Source: an uncultured Rikenellaceae bacterium (GTDB taxonomy: Bacteria > Bacteroidota > Bacteroidia > Bacteroidales > VadinHA17). From it: a stretch of 64,000 nt of DNA. Location: the NCBI GenBank assembly GCA_964410385.1, contig CAYPHL010000006.1, positions 4,026 through 68,025 of the forward strand. The letters are read 5' to 3'. The notes below the pieces were generated by a model that was not told the origin of the DNA, ran no database searches, and saw only the letters and a program-made list of their open reading frames with translations. Shown in pieces: positions 35,582-43,287 of the stretch. Every line of letters starts with the position of its first letter. The first letter of the stretch is position 1. The translations under genes were made by a program, and so were the position numbers.

Positions 35582-37303
35582 TTATTCGGTTTGTGCCGAA
35601 GCCCTGCCTCCCTTAACACTTTCAACCCTGACAGTGTATTTTGTACCTCCCTTTACTATCCATTTAAGGTCTGTCTTCTGATAACCGGAAATATTTGCCA
35701 GTTCCATTTTCTGAGGATTCTTTTTCTGTTCGGTTGTAATGTTAAGATCTGCATTTTCGACTATCATGCCTGCAATGACAGTTCCTCCTTCAAGTATCAC
35801 ATAGTCGGGGGGATCTATTTTATACTTCATGTTTGTTGCCGAATGAGTGGGAAGCATTCTCCTGTTCACAACGGATGCAGTAATCTCTTTCAATCCTCCG
35901 TTAAGCTTGCTGACTTTAAGATTGGTGATCTCCAGTTTCGGGGACTGGTATGCATTATAAATGCAGAAAGCCGCATTACGGTGGGCATCTGTTTCGAGTA
36001 TGAATCCAGGATGAAGTCTTCCGAACATTTTGCTGAAGCCTCCCAGTTCCACTTCGCCGTAGACCGGATGGTTGATTTTCTGCCAGGGAATGAATGCATC
36101 TTCAAACAGGAGAAGTCTGTCGAATTCAAACTGGTCGGTCTTTGTGGTGTCATAGAACATCAGGAAGCTGTTCCACAGTTCATTTGAGAATACGAAGCAT
36201 CCCATTGCGCCATACCACCAGTCAAGTTCTCCACCGTAAACCGTATACATATCCTTCCATATTGTAAGAAGATCATATCCGGGGATCATCAGTTCGCCTT
36301 TTTTCCCTATTGCATCTATAACGGCATCATCCGCACGGCTGTAGACCTCTGCACCTCCGCCCTGTATTGAAGGCCCCCTCAGGATCATCCCGCCTGAATT
36401 ATGGAAAGACTGGGCTCCGGTAATATTCGGATGTTTTACGACAAAATCACGTACTGCCGCATTCTCAGGCTGGGAGAAGGGATATTTATGAGCACCGCTC
36501 TGAACATAGTTTGGTTCCCAGTTAAATCCCCAGTCGCGATTCCCGTCATAACCGCCCGGTCCGTCTTCATTGAACTGACCGTCGCCGTCATTATCTATAC
36601 CCTCCATTCCGAGGATCTCATATTCTCCTTTTTCGCCGGGTTCGACCCTTATCATCCTTCGCGGATCCTTTGGATCGGTGATATAGGCTCCGTCAGGATT
36701 CTTCCTTCTTATCTGGCTTATGTTCTTATCGCCATTCATATCTTCAGAGCCATCCTCATCAAATGCACCATCGCGGTCGTTGTCGTATGGCATCAGTCCC
36801 GACCTCGGAGGAACACCGATATTTGCGAAGTACTCACGGGCATCCGGATTTATTGTCGGTGCTATATAAAATGTCTTATCTTTCAGAAGCTGTTTTATGA
36901 ATTCGTTATCCCCTGACATTTCACACAGATACCATGCTGTATACATTGCCATTTCAGTCCCCTGAAGCTCAATGGAATGTATGTTCCCGTCGATCCAGAA
37001 TCCCGGTTTGTGGTCGGGATTTCCGCTTTTCCTGTCGGAGATAGTCAGTACATGGATGTCGCGGCCCTGATACGATTTCCCGGCTGAAGACAGATTGACT
37101 AGATCAGGATATGCTTCTGCCAGTTTCCTGCAAAAATCTGTCACTCCGGCATAGGTATAATATTTGTTCCAGGAAACCTTCACTTTTGGATTCGAGGGTG
37201 ATCCGGCTGCATCAAAGAACAACTCTCCTTCCTGCGGGTAAAGATTACCGGCAACGGATATGAAAAGAATTATAAATATTGTGTTTAAAGCTGACTTGTT
37301 CAT
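35582..37303 (-). CDS. M14 family zinc carboxypeptidase (zinc ligands intact)
   Basis: 573 aa. Signal peptide. HxxE in WIDGNIHSIELQG, NR substrate motif in YDGNRDW, third ligand in SFHNSGG. Asp-rich calcium-loop-like inserts (DNDRDGAFDEDG, DNDGDGQFNEDG). Confidence 0.8.
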   Translation of the reverse strand: MNKSALNTIFIILFISVAGNLYPQEGELFFDAAGSPSNPKVKVSWNKYYTYAGVTDFCRKLAEAYPDLVNLSSAGKSYQGRDIHVLTISDRKSGNPDHKPGFWIDGNIHSIELQGTEMAMYTAWYLCEMSGDNEFIKQLLKDKTFYIAPTINPDAREYFANIGVPPRSGLMPYDNDRDGAFDEDGSEDMNGDKNISQIRRKNPDGAYITDPKDPRRMIRVEPGEKGEYEILGMEGIDNDGDGQFNEDGPGGYDGNRDWGFNWEPNYVQSGAHKYPFSQPENAAVRDFVVKHPNITGAQSFHNSGGMILRGPSIQGGGAEVYSRADDAVIDAIGKKGELMIPGYDLLTIWKDMYTVYGGELDWWYGAMGCFVFSNELWNSFLMFYDTTKTDQFEFDRLLLFEDAFIPWQKINHPVYGEVELGGFSKMFGRLHPGFILETDAHRNAAFCIYNAYQSPKLEITNLKVSKLNGGLKEITASVVNRRMLPTHSATNMKYKIDPPDYVILEGGTVIAGMIVENADLNITTEQKKNPQKMELANISGYQKTDLKWIVKGGTKYTVRVESVKGGRASAQTE

Positions 37304-37329
37304 AGCTGATAACTTATATGTTGAAGAAA

Positions 37330-39087
37330 TTATTTCAATTCGGCTGTTGTCGTTACAATACCTGTATTTGCTGCTCCGGCGCTAATCTTTACCTTTCCCT
37401 TACCCATAATGAGCCAGCTGAATTCAGAGGATCCGCCTCCTTCGAGCCTTTGTATTCTCTGTACTTTCTGGCCGCTGAGCAATTTCTGGTTTAATCCGGT
37501 CTCCAGACTGATCCTCATTATCCTCGTATACAGGTTCCTTTCTCCTGCCGCACTACAGGTTGCAAAGATCCCGCTGTTAAGGACCTTAAGGGACAGCCTG
37601 TAAATGTTTTCACCCTGATCCTCTGTTACCACATCCACTAATTCGAGCTGAGGATGCATACGTGCCAGTTCTGCTATGAACCTTGAATTGTTTGTTATAA
37701 GTTCACTTAGCTTGTCTGCAGGAGGATTCACAGATGCAAATGGTCTGATCCCGCCTGCTTCAACTTTCTTCCCGGGAAAATCAGGATGTCTTATTTCAGT
37801 CCATGGTACGAAAACTCCGTCAATCTTATTCTCTTCTGCAAATTTCAGGAAGGTTGCATCGGGATTTTTATCCCTTTCCGCGGGTATCCACCAGGCGGGA
37901 GTACTGAAACTGTATCGTCCGTAATGATAATATGACCAGTCCATAAAATTACCCGGTGATGATTTTGCCGGAGGAGAACCTTTTACACCGGTTATTTCGC
38001 GGTATTTATCTGCTGCAAGCTTAACGATGGTCTCGTCGGCCTTAAGCACTGAGGTGATTCTTCTGTCCTGTCCCATCATCATACGCATAGAGCCGCTTGC
38101 CGGTGCGCCCTGCATCGGAAATGATCCTCCCGGAGGGGTGAATGAGGAAGCCTGGGGCGGCCTCTGATCCTGTCCGGTCCCCTGTCCTGCTCCGGCAGCC
38201 GCTGCACCACCGGATCTTTCCGGGCCTGGCCTTGGTTGCTGGCCCAGATTATCCTGGGGCCCGAAAGCGAACGTTGCATAAATATTATAGTGATCGAAAA
38301 GAAAATCGAGGACCGCTTTTGTCTCAGGTTCAGAAACCGGATGTGATCCTGATCCTGTACCGAACTCCTCATAATTATATGTAAGATTCCTGTTGAAGTT
38401 CACTCCCCCCGGTCCGTCTTCATTGAATTTACCGTCCTTATCATTGTCAATGCCCTCAGTAAACAGGAGATATGAACCTCTTTCACCCTTTGACAGATCC
38501 GCTTCAACCATTATCCTGTCATTTTCAGAACTTACTACATAATTCCCTGTCGGATCGGTTACCCGTATCATCGTGATCATTCCATCATTATTCAGATCCT
38601 CACAGGGATCCTCATCCGTAACAAAATCCCTGTCATCATCCACGGGTCTGGCATTAGCTGTCCTTTCATATTTAAGTCCCTGGAAATACTGTTCGGATGC
38701 ATCAGGACTTACATCCGGGAGAACATAAAAGGTGATCTTTTCGAGCAGGCTTTTATTTTCGGGGGATGTACCTCCTTTCAACAGTTCCCCGGCAAAGCCG
38801 AGAGCTAGTTCCCTTCCCAGGATATAGTTCCCTTCAATACCGCCGACAACTGCAATCCCGGGCTTGCTGTCCTTTTCCCCGGTTCCGATTGTAAGAATCA
38901 TTATATCCCTGCCTCCGGCAGTTTTAACAAGTGATTTTACAGTACATAGCGCAGGAAACTGCCTGCCAAGAGCCTCGGCTTCCCTGACCATGGATTTATG
39001 ATCATGATAACCTGTCTGTGCTCCCGATGTCCCTGAGAGAACACTGACAAAAAAGACAATTAAAACAATTCTGAGAGAAATATTCAT
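37330..39087 (-). CDS. M14-like paralog lacking the zinc ligands (probable pseudo-peptidase)
   Basis: 585 aa. Collinear by eye with the neighbouring M14 gene (same DDDRDFVTDED and DNDKDGKFNEDGPGG inserts, FNRNL motif). HxxE is replaced by G-N-Y-I (VVGGIEGNYILGRE) and the third His by Phe (ATFAFGP). Contains a Gly/Ala/Pro/Gln-rich insert. Confidence 0.7.
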   Translation of the reverse strand: MNISLRIVLIVFFVSVLSGTSGAQTGYHDHKSMVREAEALGRQFPALCTVKSLVKTAGGRDIMILTIGTGEKDSKPGIAVVGGIEGNYILGRELALGFAGELLKGGTSPENKSLLEKITFYVLPDVSPDASEQYFQGLKYERTANARPVDDDRDFVTDEDPCEDLNNDGMITMIRVTDPTGNYVVSSENDRIMVEADLSKGERGSYLLFTEGIDNDKDGKFNEDGPGGVNFNRNLTYNYEEFGTGSGSHPVSEPETKAVLDFLFDHYNIYATFAFGPQDNLGQQPRPGPERSGGAAAAGAGQGTGQDQRPPQASSFTPPGGSFPMQGAPASGSMRMMMGQDRRITSVLKADETIVKLAADKYREITGVKGSPPAKSSPGNFMDWSYYHYGRYSFSTPAWWIPAERDKNPDATFLKFAEENKIDGVFVPWTEIRHPDFPGKKVEAGGIRPFASVNPPADKLSELITNNSRFIAELARMHPQLELVDVVTEDQGENIYRLSLKVLNSGIFATCSAAGERNLYTRIMRISLETGLNQKLLSGQKVQRIQRLEGGGSSEFSWLIMGKGKVKISAGAANTGIVTTTAELK

Positions 39088-39194
39088 GTTTTTGGAGTTA
39101 AGTAATTTTTGACTTCAGGATTTAAAATGAACAGTATAAAAATAACGGATATTATTTTATTTGCAACTGTTAAACCTTTTGTTGTGTTATATGT

Positions 39195-39202
39195 TAAATT
39201 TG
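39195..39202 (+). promoter_or_regulatory. Candidate -7 box (TAnnTTTG) for znuA
   Basis: TAAATTTG, 25 nt upstream of the ATG at 39228. Confidence 0.45.
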
Positions 39203-39227
39203 TAGCCTTCCCTAAACAGGGGCTGAA

Positions 39228-40106
39228 ATGAAAAGACTTCTTTCAATACTTATCCTGGCGTCAATATTTTCGTGCGGCCGTGATTCCACCGATTCCGGTA
39301 AGCAGGTAATTACTGTCAGCATAGCTCCCTTCAGATATTTCGTTACCATGATAGCCGGGGATGATTTCAGTGTGAATGTCATGGTACCTGCAGGGGCGAA
39401 TCCTCATGTCTATGAGCCCTATCCTGATCAGATAGCAAAGCTTGGGAAGTCAGTAGCCTATATCAGCAACGGGTATCTTGGTTTTGAAATGACATGGCTC
39501 GACAGGTTTTATGAGATCAATAAGACTATGATCAGGCTTTCGGCAGGAGAAGGGATAATGCCGGTTGATCCCGGGCATGATCATGGCCATGAGGGAGAAC
39601 ATGTTGAAGCTGCCGATCCTCATTACTGGGTTTCACCGAAGTGTGCTCTCACAATTGCCGCATCGGTAAGAGATCTTCTTTATGAACTGAAACCATCAGC
39701 CCGGGCAGATTATGAAAAGAACTATAGAGAGCTGGTACAAATTATAACTGAGGTGGATAATAAAGCAGATTCCCTTCTTTCAGAATTCCGGGGGAGACGC
39801 TTCATGATATATCATCCCAACCTTGCATATCTGGCACGTGATTACGGGCTGGCGGAAACCGCTGTTGAATTCGAAGGGAAAGAGCCTCCTCCTTCACGGC
39901 TGAAAGAACTTATCGATATCGCAAGGGAGGAAAATATTAATACTGTATTTGTACAGAAGGAATATGACACCAGGAATGCAAGAGTGGTAGCAGATGAGAT
40001 CGGAGCAGGAATAAAAGTGATAGATCCGCTGTCTGAAAACTGGACGGAATCGACAATCGATATAATTGAGAGCTTATACAATAGCCTCGTACAGGGAAGC
40101 AAATAA
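39228..40106 (+). CDS. znuA: Metal (probably zinc) ABC transporter substrate-binding lipoprotein, ZnuA/TroA family
   Basis: 292 aa. Lipobox IFSCG. His/Glu-rich loop DPGHDHGHEGEHVEAADPH, typical of ZnuA. Confidence 0.8.
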   Translation: MKRLLSILILASIFSCGRDSTDSGKQVITVSIAPFRYFVTMIAGDDFSVNVMVPAGANPHVYEPYPDQIAKLGKSVAYISNGYLGFEMTWLDRFYEINKTMIRLSAGEGIMPVDPGHDHGHEGEHVEAADPHYWVSPKCALTIAASVRDLLYELKPSARADYEKNYRELVQIITEVDNKADSLLSEFRGRRFMIYHPNLAYLARDYGLAETAVEFEGKEPPPSRLKELIDIAREENINTVFVQKEYDTRNARVVADEIGAGIKVIDPLSENWTESTIDIIESLYNSLVQGSK

Positions 40107-40115
40107 ATATCAGTT

Positions 40116-40862
40116 ATGGCTTTCATTTTTAAAATGGAGTCTTTATCAGCATCTTACGGAACAAATATTGTTCTTGAGGATGTTAATTTCAGGGTCAGCG
40201 AGGGCGATTTCATTGGTGTGATAGGTCCGAACGGAGGAGGTAAGACGACACTTCTTAAAATAATCCTCGGACTTATAAAACCTGTTTCAGGGAAAATAAT
40301 ATTTAATCCTGATCTGTCAGGCTCCGGCGCTATCGGATACCTTCCGCAGGTATCCACCGGGGATCTGAGTTATCCGGTCAGTGTAACCGATGTTATCCTG
40401 TCGGGGATGATGATAAGGAAAAGGATCATTACGAGGATGTCGAAAGAGGACAGGAAAAAAGCGGCAGGGATAATTGAAGAGCTGGGGCTGTCGGGAATGG
40501 GTCGCAGTTCTCTTTCTGAGTTATCGGGAGGCCAGTTGCAGAGGGTATTTCTGGGACGCGCAATAATCGGAGAACCGAAGCTTCTTCTTCTGGATGAACC
40601 CGGCAATTTTGTTGATTCGACTTTTGAAAATGATTTCTATGAGAAGCTGAAGGAGCTTAATAAAAGGATGGCAATCCTCATGGTCTCCCATGATATCGGA
40701 ATGATATCTGCCCATGTAAGATCATATGCATGCGTGAACAGGAAGCTTAACTATCATCCCTCATCCGAGATATCAAACGAACAACTCCTTGCTTACGGCT
40801 GCCCTATTCAGCTGATAACCCACGGAACAGTTCCTCATACAGTCTTAAAACAACACAACTGA
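40116..40862 (+). CDS. znuC: Metal ABC transporter ATP-binding protein
   Basis: 248 aa. Walker A GPNGGGKTTLL, signature LSGGQLQR, Walker B LLLLDEP. Confidence 0.85.
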   Translation: MAFIFKMESLSASYGTNIVLEDVNFRVSEGDFIGVIGPNGGGKTTLLKIILGLIKPVSGKIIFNPDLSGSGAIGYLPQVSTGDLSYPVSVTDVILSGMMIRKRIITRMSKEDRKKAAGIIEELGLSGMGRSSLSELSGGQLQRVFLGRAIIGEPKLLLLDEPGNFVDSTFENDFYEKLKELNKRMAILMVSHDIGMISAHVRSYACVNRKLNYHPSSEISNEQLLAYGCPIQLITHGTVPHTVLKQHN

Positions 40863-41678
40863 GTGGAAGGAAGTATTCTTCAATATGATTTCATTGTTAA
40901 AGGCCTCCTCGGAGCTGTCTTTGCCAGCATAACTGCCGGGATAATAGGTACATATATAGTTACCAGGAAAATGGTCTTCCTCTGCGGCGGAATAACACAT
41001 GCATCTTTCGGCGGGATTGGTATCGGATATTATGCGGGTATAAACCCGGTTGCGGGAGCAGCTGTTTTTGGAATCCTTTCGGCGCTTGGAATAGAGTATC
41101 TTTCGATCCGTCACAGTATAAGGGAGGACTCGGCAATAGGGATAATGTGGGCCTTCGGAATGGCTGTGGGTATTATCTTCATTTATCTTACCCCGGGTTA
41201 TTCCCCCAACCTCATGAGCTATCTTTTCGGAAGCATTCTCACTGTCACTACCGCAGATATTGTTGCACTCGGGATAATGTCGCTAATACTCTGTATCTAT
41301 TTCGGTGCTTTTTACCGGACTATACTTTATACTTCGTTTGATGAATCATTTGCCCGGACATACTCTGCATACGTTGACATATTCAAATACATTACAACAT
41401 CCCTCGTCGCTCTTACAATTGTACTAAATATAAGGATGGCAGGCGTTATTCTGGTTCTGTCACTACTGACCATACCTCCTAATATTGCCATGCTCTTTAC
41501 AAGAAGATATTCAAATATCATCTTCTTTTCTGTACTTTCGGGATTTACAGGGACGGCAGCAGGATATTTTATTTCCTATTTTGCCGGTATACCCGTTGGT
41601 GCAACGATAATTTTCACCCTTGTTATAATCTGGATCCTTGTCAAGGGAATCATTGTTACGGTAAAGTATTTTAAATGA
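40863..41678 (+). CDS. znuB: Metal ABC transporter permease (ZnuB/TroCD family)
   Basis: 271 aa polytopic membrane protein immediately following znuC. GTG start per the ORF track. Confidence 0.8.
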   Translation: MEGSILQYDFIVKGLLGAVFASITAGIIGTYIVTRKMVFLCGGITHASFGGIGIGYYAGINPVAGAAVFGILSALGIEYLSIRHSIREDSAIGIMWAFGMAVGIIFIYLTPGYSPNLMSYLFGSILTVTTADIVALGIMSLILCIYFGAFYRTILYTSFDESFARTYSAYVDIFKYITTSLVALTIVLNIRMAGVILVLSLLTIPPNIAMLFTRRYSNIIFFSVLSGFTGTAAGYFISYFAGIPVGATIIFTLVIIWILVKGIIVTVKYFK

Positions 41679-41724
41679 CTATCGTTAATCATGAAAAAAT
41701 CCAGTTTCACAAAATTACATTTTT

Positions 41725-41824
41725 TACCCCCTTTCCTCCCGATAGCTATCGGGATTCCCCCAGTGGGGAAGGAGACCTTTTCCCCCCTGGGGGAAATAAG
41801 AAAGGGGGTAAGAGAAAGGGGGTA
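41725..41824. repeat. G/C-run multi-hairpin element (family 2), three-hairpin copy with a duplicated closing strand
   Basis: taccccctttc (41725-41735) pairs perfectly with gaaagggggta at 41800-41810 and again at 41814-41824. Inside are the palindrome tcccgatagctatcggga (41737-41754), ttcccc-cagt-ggggaa (41755-41770) and tttcccc-cctg-ggggaaa (41779-41796). Confidence 0.8.
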
Positions 41825-41885
41825 AGGACCAACGAACCCTTAACATGAACAAAAGACAAACAGAAACCAAATAAATACTTGAAAT

Positions 41886-43277
41886 ATGGATTACGATCTT
41901 ATAATAATTGGAAGCGGCCCGGGTGGTTATGTTGCCGCCATCAGGGCTTCGCAGCTGAAGATGAAGGTAGCTGTCGTCGAAAAAGCCGAAATAGGCGGTA
42001 TATGTCTTAACTGGGGATGTATTCCCACGAAATCACTTCTGAAAAGCGCAAGGGTATTTGATTACTTTAATCATGCAGCTGATTATGGCATATCAGTTTC
42101 AGGTGAGGTGAAAGCCGATTTCGGGGCAGTAATTGCCAGGAGCCGAAGCGTGGCAGAGGGCATGAGCAAGGGTGTTCAGTTCCTCTTCAGGAAGAACAAC
42201 ATTGCACTTATAAAAGGAACCGGAAGGATTGCAGGACAGAACAGCGTGGAAACAATCGATGCTGACGGGACCATAAAAACCATGACTGCAAAGCATATTA
42301 TTCTTGCGACCGGAGCCAGGTCAAAAGAGCTTCCTAACCTTAAGCAGGATGGCAAAAAGATAATAGGATACAGGGAGGCTATGACGCTGCCTGAACAACC
42401 CAAATCGATGGTCGTGGTCGGATCCGGTGCAATAGGCAGCGAATTTGCAAATTTCTACCAGTCCCTTGGAACAGAAGTTACTCTTGTTGAATTCCTTCCG
42501 AGAATTGTTCCCAATGAGGATGATGAGATTTCAAAACAGCTCGAGAGATCATTTAAAAAAATGAAAATGAAGGTTATGACCGATTCATCTGTAGAAGCTG
42601 TCGATACTTCAAAAGACATATGTATTGTAACCATCAAAACACCGAAGGGGACTGAAACGGTTAATGCAGATATAGTTTTTTCGGCTGTCGGCGTTACAAC
42701 AAACATTGAAGGTCTGGGTCTTGAAAAGGCAGGTGTCAGAACTGAAAAGGATAAGGTTGTTGTTGATGACTTTTACAGGACCTCTGTTCCGGGAGTTTAT
42801 GCTATCGGCGACATTGTACATGGTCCTGCTCTGGCACATGTGGCTTCTGCCGAAGGTATAATATGTGTTGAAAAGATCGCCGGCCTTGATGTTGAACCTC
42901 TTAATTATAAGAATATACCGGCCTGTACTTATACAAATCCTGAAATTGCATCCTGTGGTCTCACAGAAGCTGCCGCAAAAGCTGCAGGATATGAGATAAA
43001 AGTCGGCAAGTTCCCTTTTACTGCTTCCGGGAAAGCAAGCGCTGCCGGAGCCAGGGATGGCTTCGTGAAGCTTATTTTTGATGCAGCCTATGGCGAATTG
43101 CTGGGCGCCCATATGATCGGTGACAATGTGACCGAGATGATATCGGAAATTGTTGTTGCCAGAAAGCTCGAAACTACAGCCCATGAAATAATCAAAGCTG
43201 TCCATCCGCATCCGACAATGTCCGAAGCCATCATGGAAGCAGCTGCAGCAGCTTACGGTGAAGTTATACATATTTAA
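41886..43277 (+). CDS. lpdA: Dihydrolipoyl dehydrogenase
   Basis: 463 aa. FAD motif IIGSGPGGY, redox disulfide GGICLNWGCIPTK, C-terminal HPHPTMSE. Confidence 0.95.
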   Translation: MDYDLIIIGSGPGGYVAAIRASQLKMKVAVVEKAEIGGICLNWGCIPTKSLLKSARVFDYFNHAADYGISVSGEVKADFGAVIARSRSVAEGMSKGVQFLFRKNNIALIKGTGRIAGQNSVETIDADGTIKTMTAKHIILATGARSKELPNLKQDGKKIIGYREAMTLPEQPKSMVVVGSGAIGSEFANFYQSLGTEVTLVEFLPRIVPNEDDEISKQLERSFKKMKMKVMTDSSVEAVDTSKDICIVTIKTPKGTETVNADIVFSAVGVTTNIEGLGLEKAGVRTEKDKVVVDDFYRTSVPGVYAIGDIVHGPALAHVASAEGIICVEKIAGLDVEPLNYKNIPACTYTNPEIASCGLTEAAAKAAGYEIKVGKFPFTASGKASAAGARDGFVKLIFDAAYGELLGAHMIGDNVTEMISEIVVARKLETTAHEIIKAVHPHPTMSEAIMEAAAAAYGEVIHI

Positions 43278-43287
43278 ATATTTACAG

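Noticed and set aside
41725-41810. tRNA or tRNA-like gene, suggested by the closing stem plus three hairpins
   Set aside because: The closing stem is 11 bp rather than 7. The hairpins are G/C-run palindromes with 4-nt loops. There is no GTTCRANYC T-loop, no D-loop GG, no 7-nt anticodon loop and no discriminator/CCA context.
41764-41822. G-quadruplex potential from four G4-G5 runs
   Set aside because: The G runs are separated by long loops, and each has a complementary C run nearby that would favour duplex or hairpin formation. I have no evidence beyond composition.
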